Shown: positions 15,250-25,770 of the stretch, piece after piece | Position numbering within the stretch: the stretch's first letter is position 1 | How the letters are laid out: each line of letters starts with the position of its first letter | IMG/VR virus record: IMGVR_UViG_3300002134_000110 | Source: a virus | Reading direction: 5' to 3' (one strand) | DNA: 64,000 nt | Notes under the pieces: model-generated | Seen by the model: the letters and a program-made list of their open reading frames with translations, nothing else | Databases searched by the model: none | What the model was told of the DNA's origin: nothing | Position numbers and translations under genes: made by a program

Positions 15250-18200
15250 TTAAAAATCTAAATTTTTACTAGAAGATCTTCTTCTTCTTTTTTTAGCATT
15301 CCTAGCTTTTTCAATTTCTGGATCTTTTAATCCAATATCCCAAGAATTATAACCTAAAAATAAAGCCGTACGCTGCCATGCCTCCGCGTCTTGTTGAGTA
15401 ATAGCTTTTATATTTGAAACTTTAGTAAGAACTCTATCTAATGGAAAATTAAATGCGGCCGAAACTAAATTACCACCTATTTGATAATATGGATGATTAG
15501 GATTGTCATAGCCAATTTTGTCAAGTATTTTTTTATTAAACTTGTAACTTTCCATTGCTCCATAAATTTTCCTGGCTTTAATTCCTACAGCTGGAGATAT
15601 GTTTAATAGCTCTATAATAACTTTTCCGTTTTGCCCAGTAAATCCTTTATCATTTTCACGCATCCATGCAATCGTTGCATTTTTTAAAGTAGCTAAAGCT
15701 GCTCCGCCAATTCCAGATCCACGTAATGCGCTATCTAACATTGTATTTATAGCTCTTTCTGTTTTTTTATCTATTTTTAAATCTTCATCTTCGTCATCTC
15801 CAAATACACCTGCAAATAAAGCATTTTGTAAAAATGCAAATATAGTGTTTTGTATTGCGCCATAATAAACAAGCCTAGCCACATTAGCTTTAAAACTGCC
15901 TCTTCTATTTATTAAATCCAACATAGCTTTCTTTTGTATGCGTGTCATCTGCATAGTTGTGTTTTGGAATGCTAAGAATATTCTTCCAATAACACTAACC
16001 TGCTGGTTAGATAATAAATCCTGTCTTGAAGATTGTTGAGTGCGCTCTGCTATTTCTTGAAAATCTAAAAAAGCCTCTTCTTTGGCTTTTGCTTCAGACA
16101 TTCCCTCTTTAATATATTTTTGTTCTCTATTATATAAAAATGGCGCGCCTCCAGTTGCTACTGCAATATTATCTCCATATTTAGTAAGAGAAAAACCTTT
16201 TTCTAAAATATAAGATAATAAAGCTTTATTTTTATTTTTGCTACCCTCTAATCTAGCAACAAGCTCAGACTCATTTATATCTGTTTTTAAGCCTTGTCTA
16301 CGCTCTTTCATCCAATCAGAGTTAAATATATCAACCCAATATTTTGCGTATGTTGCGGGGCTTCCTGCAATAAATTTACCTTGAGCAAAAATATTATTAT
16401 CTTCCCAGTTTGTAAAGTTAACAATAGAAAGTTGTTGTAGCAATGCCGATCTAGTGTTAAAAAACATGGTAACCCCAACAGAACCTCTTACCCAATCTAA
16501 ATATGCGTTAGCTAATTTGTTATTACCTATTTGTCTTGCGCGCCCGTTTTTAATTCTATAAAGCATATCTTCTAATGCTGATCTTAAATCAGGACCATAA
16601 GCTGCCTCAATTTTGTTTATATTTTCTTTAGAAAATATTATATCAGCATTTGTAATAAATTTTTCAAATATTCTTGCTCTACCAATTTTACTTAATATTT
16701 CTTGCAAGTCCATTTCAATGGTACTAGCTGTCCAATCTTCTTCTGGTTTTAGCCAACTTTCTTTTTTATTTGGAACATTAATAAGATCTTCAGCAAAAGT
16801 AAGTAAAGACATATCAGAAACAACTGATTTTATTAAAGCATTTTTGTCTGTTTGACTTATTCCGGGAACATCGTACCCTAGTTTTGACCACATATAAACT
16901 CTAACCGCGTCATCATTGCTGTAGTATTTATAATCACTTTCTGCTCTTAATTTTTTTGTTATTCCTTTATTTGCTTTAATTAAATTATGATAACTTTGTT
17001 TTATTAATTGTCTTTCAGCATTTAAATTAAAGTTAGCTCTTGCTAATGGTTTAAGGAGTTTTTCATCCATAAATTTCATGTCAGCATCTCCTTGCTTGCC
17101 TGTACCATAAAAATTATATAATAAACCAGCAAAATCATCAGCTCCGGGCGGTATAAATATTTTTAATTTGCCTTTACCTTCTCCTATTTTTTTAGCGGTT
17201 GCATTAGATATTAATTCATTTTCACTAATACCTTTTTTGCGCTCAAGCATTTTATTAAATTCAATGCTCATTCCTAAAGATGCTTTTGAAGTTTCTTTAT
17301 TATTATAACTTTCTTTAGTTATAATTTCTCCATTAGTCATTCCAGGTAATCCTATTATTTGTAAATTAATATTTGACGGTAAATTTTCAAAATATCTTTG
17401 TAATACATCTAATGGTGTTGCATTAAAAAAATCAAAGCCTTTGTTCATTGAATTTTTAACATTCATTTCAGAATTTAAAGTAGTATCAAAGCTTTTTTGC
17501 GTTAAAGATGCAATCCTTAATTTTTTAATATTTTTAAATTGTTCATCGGATATTCTGCCTATAACATTTCCTATAGATAAATTAGCAAATAACAAAGCGG
17601 GTAGCATGTGCTCATAAACATATTTAATTCCTTTGCTATTTAAATTTTTAGTTATATAACTTAAATCATAAGAATTTTTTAATGGCGTGGACATATGCTT
17701 TAGCTGCCCAGCATATATTAAACCAACTGTAGTTAGATCTATTTTTAAATTAGGATCTTTTGAATTGTATAATTTTTTTACAGTAGCATGCAAATCATCG
17801 AACAAAACTTTAGACTTATTTACTTCTAATGTTCTTCCTTCTACGTTAATTTGTTTTGGGTCTGCACCAATTAAATCATCTGATCCAGGAAATGGTTTTA
17901 ATGGTGTAAATTTATAAATATTTTTATTTTTATAATATATTGATGTACCTATAATCTCTTTTGTTTTAGAATCTAAAACATTTTCAGCTTTAAAATTTTT
18001 TGTTAATATACCATCAAACGCATCTAAAAGACCTTGATTATTTCCAAACAAAGTTTTGTTAACACCACTAGCCCAAGGTTTATTAAGGGTTTTAAGCATA
18101 GAAATCATTTGCGTTTCTTTCTGGCTTTTAGTGGCATTAGGTGTTTTAAAAGAATATAAATTCCACCACTTTTGTATAAATGCTTTGCCTCGATCTTTGT

Positions 18201-21200
18201 TTTCTTGTTTATTAGGGCTAAGTCCAAAATATGGCAATCCAACCACCGCGGAAACAACTTGATCTGGATCAAAATCTTTTTTATCAATTTCATCAATAAA
18301 ATCTAAAAATTCATTTGTTGATTTGTATTTTTGGTTTATTAATTTTCTTCCAATATCAATATAATTATCTTTAATTGCTCCAACAAGATTTAATATGTTA
18401 TTTTTTTCAATGTCCGAAAACTTATTACTAAAAATAATTTTATAAGCTTCTTCAAAATTTCCATCATTTAAAGCTGTCCTTAAAACATTTTTAAATCCAT
18501 TTAAAAATAAAGCTTGTTTTTCTGGAGATAAATCTTTAAGAAATTCTATATCCGCACCTAAAGATAGTTTGGCTATACCTCTTGGCAATGTTTTTTCCAT
18601 TCCGTCTATTACTTCCTCAGCTTTTATTTCAGTATAAAGTTCTGATATATTTGCTATAGATTCAGTAAGAATTCCTCCTTCACTTAAATCTTTTAGTATA
18701 ACTTCAAAACCTTTTTCAGAAGCAATTTGCCGAGCTAAAGAAAAAATAGCATTAGTTTTTATTTTATTACGTAACGCTCCATCTTGAAAATGATAATCTA
18801 CATATTCATTTTCTTTTACCGCTTCTTTAATTTTTGGATTTCTTTTAATAAACTCAGGCCCTGAAGTCATACCCCTCCCGGCTGCATTATCTCTATCTAT
18901 TTTAAGCTTATTGCCTTTTTTATCAATCCAATCATATTTATATTCTGAAATTTTAGTAGGGGCAACCCATTCTCCGTTAACTCTTTTGAGTATGCCTTTT
19001 CTAAAAAATGGATGTTTAGATAAAAATGTAGTTGTAAAATTATTTAAAAAAGCTTCCCTATTATCTATTAAAAATTGCTCTAATCCTTTTTCTTTTATAA
19101 ATTTAATAATATCTTTTTCAGCAAAATCAGCAATATCTTTTTTTAAGTCAGCTACAAAAGGGGTTATAGTTCTATTTTTAGTTGTTTCAATATTAAATTT
19201 CTTTATATTTAAAACAATTGCTTTGTTTATGTTTTTTACAAAACTTTCATCTAACTCTTTTGTAAATTTAATTTTTTCTGATAGTAATGCTTTTTTCTGA
19301 ACGGGCTTTTCTTTAGCGATTTCTTCTGAAGCTAACATTGAATCTTCGGCGGTTTCATCGGACATTAAGTCTTTTTGTAAGGTGGCATCAGATGTAAAAC
19401 CTAAACCTCCCTTTTCTTGAGTAGATTCTACACCAATTTCTTTAGCTAAAGAATTTGCACGGGCATTCATAATAAATGACATGTACTGGTCTACGGTTTG
19501 CCCCTTGCCGGGTTTAAAATCAGCCATTTGCAGGGAAGCATTGGTTATAATTGCCCTTAAGTATTCTGTTTTTGTTACCCCCCTCAACGAGTCAGGGTTA
19601 ATTTTACTAAATAAACGCTGTGTAATTGATGTTGCTAGCTTTATCACTTGTGTGCCAAATATTGAGTCCTCAACTCTCCCCTTAACATCTTTGCCTTTAC
19701 TGTTATAAGTTAATGTTTCATTAACTAGTTTAGTTACATTGCCGTCGTATTTATCATATAGTTCTTGCAAGTTATTATATTGAGGTTTATTAGAATCATC
19801 TATTTGGTTTTGAGGTACATTATTTGCTAATGAAAGCTTTTTGTCTTGTAATTCTTCTTTGTAAAATTTAATTTTTTTACCTCTTTGAATAAAATTATTA
19901 AAAGAATTTAAATGCAAAATAACATCTTGCGCTCTTCCTACAATTTCACTTGCTCCGGCGTTAATGCCGAATGCTCCTAAAGCTTGTGATCTAATGCCGC
20001 TTATATAATTAGAAAATTGATAAGCTTTGTTTTCTAAATCGCTTTGTTTTATATAACCATTTTGTAAAAGCTCATAATAAAGATTTTGAAATTCTTCATT
20101 TAATTGTGTATCTGAAATTTTAGTGTCTTTATATTTTTGCATTCTTGCTAAAGCAAAGTCGTATACGCTTCCTTTAATTTCTTCATTTTCTTTTTTATTT
20201 TTTAAAATATTTTTTAATTCTTCAACTGCTTCGTTAAAACGTTTTTTGTCTTTAAAAATAAAGTTTTTAGAAGAAGTATATTCATGCAGTGTTTCATGTA
20301 AAGGGGTCATAGCTGCGGTGGCAGCATCAAATTCGATAGATTCCGCTTCGCTTATAGCCGCAGTTATAGCGGCAGAGTTTAATAATTTTGTTTTACCGTC
20401 GTCTGCAATTATACCATATGAGCTTTTTATCTTTCTTTTCCCTGTTTTAGGATCTATTTCAACAAACATTAAATCTTTGACTTCTGCGTCAATATCCTCA
20501 TCTGATTTTTCCCTAAAATAATCATTCTTTTTTAATTTAGCAAGTCCTTTATTAGAAAGCGCCGTTATATCAAAAGCCTCAAGTGCTATTAAATCAAAAT
20601 CATCCAACTCTAATTCAATTAAAGCATTTCCAGATGCTTGACTAAGTTTTTTATTAATTTGGTATTTTTGCCAAAGAAAAATAGATTCGGCAGATTTAAT
20701 TTCTTCTGGTACAGTTGCTTTTTCAACGGATTTTATAATTGCATTTTTTTTATTAGAAAGCCCCTGTAGTTGATCTTTTAAATTTTTTACACGTTTTCTC
20801 GTAGCTTCATCACCAATTTTAAAATTATCAGTAGAGGCTAATTGTGCTACTTCTCTATATATTTTATTTATTTTTGCATCTACATCAAATAATTCTTTTG
20901 CTTGTGACTCGCTAAAATTATCTAAGTTTGTGGCAATATATTGATTTAAAGTAGCTGCTTTTTTAAGAACATTCCCCATTTGTTCTTGAACATCTTTTTG
21001 ATTCTCTGGATTTAGAGATTCCTGAAGATTATAGTATTCTTTTAAATATTTTTTAAACAATACTTGATCCACTTTAGATTTTCCGGCATTAACTAAACTA
21101 TTGGTTAACGTCATTGAATTTATCCCGCCGCCAACTAACAAAGTTGAAAAAGTAGTACCAGCAAAAAATTCAGGCGTAAATCCGTCTAAAAGAGACACAT

Positions 21201-23409
21201 CCATTCCCATTATATATCTATCCCCTAAATTTTGAAAATATTGAGTACCCATTTCTTCTATATTTTCTACTCCAGACATAACGCTCCTGCCAATGGCTAT
21301 TCTACCTAGTTTAGGCAAAACTCCTTTTACTCCAGCCGTCGTTAAAAATCTTCTTGCAGATTTACCAATAAGTACATTACCAAATTGTTCAAACCCAGCT
21401 TCTAAACCACCATGAGCTATAGCTGAGCCTCCTGTCCTTATGAGCCCATAATCTTGTAATTCTATTTGATAATTTAATTCTTTTTTAATTTGATTAACTT
21501 CAAATTCAGTTAAATTTGTATTTTTTAATTGCTCTTGTAAAGCTATAACTACTTGCGAAGCTAATCCTTGAGCTTCTTTAATATCATTGTATTTTGTACC
21601 AGTAGAAGATATAAAAAACGTAGGAATGGTTGTTTTCCCTATTTCAGACAACGCTGTTCCTACTTTACCTAACAACCCAACGCCTTTAGCGGCAGCGCCT
21701 AAACCGCCTAATCCACTTAAAATTGTAGAAGGAGCATTATCTGCGCCTATTTCTAAAAGAACATCCATAAATGACGCCCCATATTTTTGATCCTTAAATT
21801 CTAACGGAGCCGGTATTTTTTTGCCTTCCTCTTTTATGCCTTTAGAAATTATAGACGCTTCATTTGAAATTATATCAAACACGCTTGTCGCTGAGGCGGT
21901 TGGTAATCCAAATTTAGCGCTCGAATAATTTTTATCTAAAGCAGAAAGAATATCGGCGGCTAATTTTACTGTACCAGCTACTCCTCCCACGGTAAATTCT
22001 GCGGTTCTTTGCGAAACTCTTGAAAAAAGATTATAATCATAATCCAAGGCCTCCTTCATTAGCCCCTCATCTTTTAAATTGCCTATTTTATCATAATAAG
22101 CCTCAATATCTTTACTTTGCCTTTGTTTTATATTAACTAAGTTATTTACAGAATATATTAAATCTTTATTTTTATTAAACAAATTTGTAATTTCTTCTAC
22201 TTTTTGAGCATGAAGAGCTAATAAATCTTTTGAATTAGGTTCTTTTAATAATTGTTTATTAATTTTTTGAAGCTCCGATGACAAATTATCTAACCCTGCA
22301 ACAAAAGGGGCTGCTTGTTCAGTTAAATCCTTATTTAATTTTACTAAATATTTATTATTGTCTTGTAACTCTTTTCCTACTTCTTCGGCATATTTGTTAG
22401 CTTGTTGCGGTGTTTCAAAATCAAAATTTTCATTAAAAATTCGCATATCTTCTTGCTGACCTTCCGGGAGATCGTCTATTGCGTTTCTTAATTTTCTTTT
22501 TTGAAGAGTATTTTCTGCTATTTTTTCTGCAGTATTTTGTGATTGTTCATCTGATATTTCAAATACGCCAGTTTCTTTCCAAGAAACGTAATCATCATAT
22601 TTGTTGCCTAAAATGTTTTTATAAAATTTGTCTTTATTAATATCTAGATCTACCCCAGGGGCTGGTCCTTTTGATGTTAGTACAACTTTATTTTGAAAAT
22701 CTTTTTTGTATTCTTTTTCAATAGCGTCAAGGCCAAAATAAACATTAGCGGCTTCTTCAGCTATTTCTGTTTCAGAATGGATTTTACTTTTATTATTTAT
22801 TTCGTCAAATATTTTTTTATTATTTTTTCTTTTTAAAGAAGTGTTTTTAGGGGTTCCAATAACCTCGTCAAGCTTTGTAACAATTTCTGGGTATATTATT
22901 TCAACCCTACTGCGCATACCAGCCGTTTTCTCTGTCCTTGACCTATCTCTTTGTAAACTATTTAGGTACTGATTAAGTGTTAAATTATATTGTTTTGCTG
23001 TGTTTTCAATTTCTTCAAAAGAATAGGGCGTGCCATCTATTTTTATTATTGTTTTGTCTTTTAACTCTTTTTTTTCAAAATCTGGGTCTCCTTCTTTGGT
23101 TTGAGGAAGAACCCCTAATCTACTAGCCGTAATAGGGCTTTTTTCTTGGCCATTTATTTGTACAAAGCTATTTTGTAATTCCGAAGAACCATTTTCCAAT
23201 GTGGAATCCGTACTTTGCACTTGAATTTCGGGTGCTGCAGTTCCCGCCGCAGGCGCACCCTGTCCCTGGCTTGTTTGCTTTCCCGTAGCGTCTTCAATTT
23301 TTTTTAAGTTTGGATTTTTAGCAAAAAGCTCATCTATTGTGTATCCTTTACTTGACGCAACTTGCTCTAATTGCTCGTATGAATATGTTTTGCCATTAAG
23401 TTCGTACAT
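15250..23409 (-). CDS. giant 2719-aa virion-associated protein (internal/ejection protein candidate by position)
   Basis: Uninterrupted 8.16-kb ORF at the end of the portal-capsid-tail-internal gene order. It has Gly/Ala-rich hydrophobic stretches, an HETLH motif at aa 1038-1042 and a duplicated N-terminal ~28-aa motif. Confidence 0.6.
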   Translation of the reverse strand: MYELNGKTYSYEQLEQVASSKGYTIDELFAKNPNLKKIEDATGKQTSQGQGAPAAGTAAPEIQVQSTDSTLENGSSELQNSFVQINGQEKSPITASRLGVLPQTKEGDPDFEKKELKDKTIIKIDGTPYSFEEIENTAKQYNLTLNQYLNSLQRDRSRTEKTAGMRSRVEIIYPEIVTKLDEVIGTPKNTSLKRKNNKKIFDEINNKSKIHSETEIAEEAANVYFGLDAIEKEYKKDFQNKVVLTSKGPAPGVDLDINKDKFYKNILGNKYDDYVSWKETGVFEISDEQSQNTAEKIAENTLQKRKLRNAIDDLPEGQQEDMRIFNENFDFETPQQANKYAEEVGKELQDNNKYLVKLNKDLTEQAAPFVAGLDNLSSELQKINKQLLKEPNSKDLLALHAQKVEEITNLFNKNKDLIYSVNNLVNIKQRQSKDIEAYYDKIGNLKDEGLMKEALDYDYNLFSRVSQRTAEFTVGGVAGTVKLAADILSALDKNYSSAKFGLPTASATSVFDIISNEASIISKGIKEEGKKIPAPLEFKDQKYGASFMDVLLEIGADNAPSTILSGLGGLGAAAKGVGLLGKVGTALSEIGKTTIPTFFISSTGTKYNDIKEAQGLASQVVIALQEQLKNTNLTEFEVNQIKKELNYQIELQDYGLIRTGGSAIAHGGLEAGFEQFGNVLIGKSARRFLTTAGVKGVLPKLGRIAIGRSVMSGVENIEEMGTQYFQNLGDRYIMGMDVSLLDGFTPEFFAGTTFSTLLVGGGINSMTLTNSLVNAGKSKVDQVLFKKYLKEYYNLQESLNPENQKDVQEQMGNVLKKAATLNQYIATNLDNFSESQAKELFDVDAKINKIYREVAQLASTDNFKIGDEATRKRVKNLKDQLQGLSNKKNAIIKSVEKATVPEEIKSAESIFLWQKYQINKKLSQASGNALIELELDDFDLIALEAFDITALSNKGLAKLKKNDYFREKSDEDIDAEVKDLMFVEIDPKTGKRKIKSSYGIIADDGKTKLLNSAAITAAISEAESIEFDAATAAMTPLHETLHEYTSSKNFIFKDKKRFNEAVEELKNILKNKKENEEIKGSVYDFALARMQKYKDTKISDTQLNEEFQNLYYELLQNGYIKQSDLENKAYQFSNYISGIRSQALGAFGINAGASEIVGRAQDVILHLNSFNNFIQRGKKIKFYKEELQDKKLSLANNVPQNQIDDSNKPQYNNLQELYDKYDGNVTKLVNETLTYNSKGKDVKGRVEDSIFGTQVIKLATSITQRLFSKINPDSLRGVTKTEYLRAIITNASLQMADFKPGKGQTVDQYMSFIMNARANSLAKEIGVESTQEKGGLGFTSDATLQKDLMSDETAEDSMLASEEIAKEKPVQKKALLSEKIKFTKELDESFVKNINKAIVLNIKKFNIETTKNRTITPFVADLKKDIADFAEKDIIKFIKEKGLEQFLIDNREAFLNNFTTTFLSKHPFFRKGILKRVNGEWVAPTKISEYKYDWIDKKGNKLKIDRDNAAGRGMTSGPEFIKRNPKIKEAVKENEYVDYHFQDGALRNKIKTNAIFSLARQIASEKGFEVILKDLSEGGILTESIANISELYTEIKAEEVIDGMEKTLPRGIAKLSLGADIEFLKDLSPEKQALFLNGFKNVLRTALNDGNFEEAYKIIFSNKFSDIEKNNILNLVGAIKDNYIDIGRKLINQKYKSTNEFLDFIDEIDKKDFDPDQVVSAVVGLPYFGLSPNKQENKDRGKAFIQKWWNLYSFKTPNATKSQKETQMISMLKTLNKPWASGVNKTLFGNNQGLLDAFDGILTKNFKAENVLDSKTKEIIGTSIYYKNKNIYKFTPLKPFPGSDDLIGADPKQINVEGRTLEVNKSKVLFDDLHATVKKLYNSKDPNLKIDLTTVGLIYAGQLKHMSTPLKNSYDLSYITKNLNSKGIKYVYEHMLPALLFANLSIGNVIGRISDEQFKNIKKLRIASLTQKSFDTTLNSEMNVKNSMNKGFDFFNATPLDVLQRYFENLPSNINLQIIGLPGMTNGEIITKESYNNKETSKASLGMSIEFNKMLERKKGISENELISNATAKKIGEGKGKLKIFIPPGADDFAGLLYNFYGTGKQGDADMKFMDEKLLKPLARANFNLNAERQLIKQSYHNLIKANKGITKKLRAESDYKYYSNDDAVRVYMWSKLGYDVPGISQTDKNALIKSVVSDMSLLTFAEDLINVPNKKESWLKPEEDWTASTIEMDLQEILSKIGRARIFEKFITNADIIFSKENINKIEAAYGPDLRSALEDMLYRIKNGRARQIGNNKLANAYLDWVRGSVGVTMFFNTRSALLQQLSIVNFTNWEDNNIFAQGKFIAGSPATYAKYWVDIFNSDWMKERRQGLKTDINESELVARLEGSKNKNKALLSYILEKGFSLTKYGDNIAVATGGAPFLYNREQKYIKEGMSEAKAKEEAFLDFQEIAERTQQSSRQDLLSNQQVSVIGRIFLAFQNTTMQMTRIQKKAMLDLINRRGSFKANVARLVYYGAIQNTIFAFLQNALFAGVFGDDEDEDLKIDKKTERAINTMLDSALRGSGIGGAALATLKNATIAWMRENDKGFTGQNGKVIIELLNISPAVGIKARKIYGAMESYKFNKKILDKIGYDNPNHPYYQIGGNLVSAAFNFPLDRVLTKVSNIKAITQQDAEAWQRTALFLGYNSWDIGLKDPEIEKARNAKKRRRRSSSKNLDF

Positions 23410-23423
23410 ATTATTTAATTTTA

Positions 23424-24932
23424 TTAATTGAAGTCAGAGGTTAGGTCGTTAATTTTTAAATCTAATAAAGCGTCTTTTCTACTTCCACCATATCCAGAAA
23501 ATTTAACATAGTATTCATATAAGCTTTTTACACTATTTGGATCTGATAAATCGTAAGTTTTAATTTTTGCTGGTTCTGCAGCAAATTTGTCTGTAGCGGG
23601 TTTTGCTTTTTCTATTTCAATTTCAATTATATTTGGTTTTGCATTAGGGAAATGTGGGTCACTAATTACGGATTTAACTCGATCAGCAAATCCTGTTTCT
23701 TTTAAAAAGCCTAAAGGATCTTTCATAAAATTATTATAAATTTTTTGGGCTGTTGCATCCTTCGTAGATGGTGGCGGAGATGTAACTTCTTTTAAAGGAG
23801 TTACAGATCTAAAATAAACTTTTTGACCATCTTTTTCGTATGATTCAAATTGCTCTCCAATGCCCTCAATCGTTTTTTCTTTAAACATTTGAGAAATTAT
23901 TTTGTCTTGCTCGCTTGGATTTTTTACTTGTTCTAAAAAGTCATTGTAACTTCTGTAGGGAGCATCTAATTGGTTTGAAAAAATAGCATTTTTTTCTAGC
24001 GGAGGCAAAGTGTTAAACCCGGCAACAGATGCTGAAATTTCTTTTCCAATTAAATTATCTATTACTGATTGATTAATTTCCTCAATTTGTCCTTCTACAA
24101 GTTTCCTACCTATTTTTTTACCATCAGCATTAACAACGTCTTGATATATTCTTTTTGTAACTACTTCCCCTACTACCTCTGGCAACAACTCGCCTTTGGG
24201 GTTGGTTATAATTTTTGTAGATGATTTTATAATATTTTCTGTCATTTGAGGTATTTCATAAAACAACTCACTTCCTGAAGCTAAATAATTATTACTATTA
24301 AATCCTTCAACTTTCCAGTTTTCTTTACCTATTTTTCCGTAAGCATTTAAATTTAATGAATTTGAGTCGGGGTCGTATTGTAAATCTATGTCTCCAGTTG
24401 AATCTCCTGCCAATAAATTAAGCAAACCTAATCTGTTGGCTCTATCTGCTTCGTCTACGCCTGTGACACCATATGTTTTGTTTAAATCCCCTGGATTCCT
24501 ACCTTTCCACGCCCCAGCCTCGCCTTTTATTTCTTCCAAAAAAGCACCAGTGTTTATTAAAAAACTATCTGCATTTTGAATAGTTTTTAAAAGCTCACCC
24601 CTTGCTTTGGGGTCTGATTCATTGTATAAATCCATTTGCGCGTCTCCAGCAGCTTTAATTCTTTCGTCTATAATAGAATTAAGCTTTGTGTTTAAAGATG
24701 TCTTAGGCAGGTTAGATTTAAATTCAGCCGCTCTTTTGCCACTTTCAATATCAATTTCAGTCTGTAGCTCTCTTAGCCTTGCTGTTTCAGCTTCTCTTTG
24801 CTTTTTTATTTGATCAGCTTTTTCAATAGCTGTAGCAACGCCTCTTGCCATACTTTGACCAAATGAAGCAAAGCCTTGTGCTAATATTTCCCCTGACTTA
24901 TCAGTTATTATTTCTGGATTTCTATAACTCAT
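23424..24932 (-). CDS. virion structural/internal protein candidate (502 aa)
   Basis: Long ORF immediately upstream of the giant gene; function assigned by position only. Confidence 0.6.
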   Translation of the reverse strand: MSYRNPEIITDKSGEILAQGFASFGQSMARGVATAIEKADQIKKQREAETARLRELQTEIDIESGKRAAEFKSNLPKTSLNTKLNSIIDERIKAAGDAQMDLYNESDPKARGELLKTIQNADSFLINTGAFLEEIKGEAGAWKGRNPGDLNKTYGVTGVDEADRANRLGLLNLLAGDSTGDIDLQYDPDSNSLNLNAYGKIGKENWKVEGFNSNNYLASGSELFYEIPQMTENIIKSSTKIITNPKGELLPEVVGEVVTKRIYQDVVNADGKKIGRKLVEGQIEEINQSVIDNLIGKEISASVAGFNTLPPLEKNAIFSNQLDAPYRSYNDFLEQVKNPSEQDKIISQMFKEKTIEGIGEQFESYEKDGQKVYFRSVTPLKEVTSPPPSTKDATAQKIYNNFMKDPLGFLKETGFADRVKSVISDPHFPNAKPNIIEIEIEKAKPATDKFAAEPAKIKTYDLSDPNSVKSLYEYYVKFSGYGGSRKDALLDLKINDLTSDFN

Positions 24933-25049
24933 TTTTTTTTATTTAACTTAACCCATAATCGTTACTAGCGCTGCTTGTTGAATATATGCTAGGATTTCTA
25001 TATGTTTCTAGTGCTTTATTGTTAACATTCAACCCCCTGCTCGGGGTTG

Positions 25050-25769
25050 CTACTTTCCCGCCAGTGCCCCCGCAATACCTCCAATGGAACTTATAGCTCC
25101 ACTCCATGCCGCTGCGCCTGCTTGGTTGGCTTGGGCTACATTGGCTCTTGATTGGCTTTCTTGACCAGAGAACCTATCTAATTTCGCATCGTCTCTTTGC
25201 TCTTGAGTTTGGAATTTAAATTGCTTGCCAGCAGCTTCCGCTTGTTGAACTCTTTGAGCTTCGCTTATTTGAACACCCTGAACTCTTTGTTGTTCTGACA
25301 TTTTTGCCTGCTGTAATTGGCTTTCTCCTTGAGCCCTTAGTTTTTCATTTTGAGCCTCTTGTTGTTCAATGCTCGCAGAAACACCTTTTTTACTTTGCAA
25401 AGCAGCTTGCGCTAATGCTGTTGCTCCTCCTGCCCCAGACCCAGTAGCTCTAATTGTGTCTAAAGTATTAGCTAAAGCTATATCGGCTTCTTCAATTTGC
25501 ATTTCAGCGGCTTGAGTAGCTACACCTAAACTTTGGAAAGGATTGCTTAATTGACCACTTAAATCAGCGGCAAGGCCACTAACATTTGTAACACTTTCAT
25601 ACGGGTTTACAACCGGCTGACGAGTATTTTCTAAATAATTAATTTTAGCTTCTGCTACTTTTCTTTGCTTTTCGGCGTTTTTCGCTTGTTTTTTAGCTTT
25701 AGCACTACCTAATATACCTCCTAATAAAGATATTCCAGCGCCAATACCAGCTGCAATAATTCCTGCCAT
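25050..25769 (-). CDS. Gln/Ala-rich membrane-associated internal protein candidate (239 aa)
   Basis: Gly-rich hydrophobic ends (MAGIIAAGIGAGISLLGGILG ... SSIGGIAGALAGK) and a coiled Q/A-rich centre. The ATG at 25769 follows the previous stop; the track start at 25799 overlaps. Confidence 0.55.
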   Translation of the reverse strand: MAGIIAAGIGAGISLLGGILGSAKAKKQAKNAEKQRKVAEAKINYLENTRQPVVNPYESVTNVSGLAADLSGQLSNPFQSLGVATQAAEMQIEEADIALANTLDTIRATGSGAGGATALAQAALQSKKGVSASIEQQEAQNEKLRAQGESQLQQAKMSEQQRVQGVQISEAQRVQQAEAAGKQFKFQTQEQRDDAKLDRFSGQESQSRANVAQANQAGAAAWSGAISSIGGIAGALAGK

Positions 25770-25770
25770 A

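Noticed and set aside
15250-23409. The giant ORF considered as a virion RNA polymerase (N4-like or crAss-like)
   Set aside because: Gene order is T7-like rather than N4-like. I could not find DxDGD-type or T7-RNAP-like catalytic motifs by eye. The phage also encodes its own sigma factor, which implies use of host core RNAP. Only a profile or structure search could settle this.
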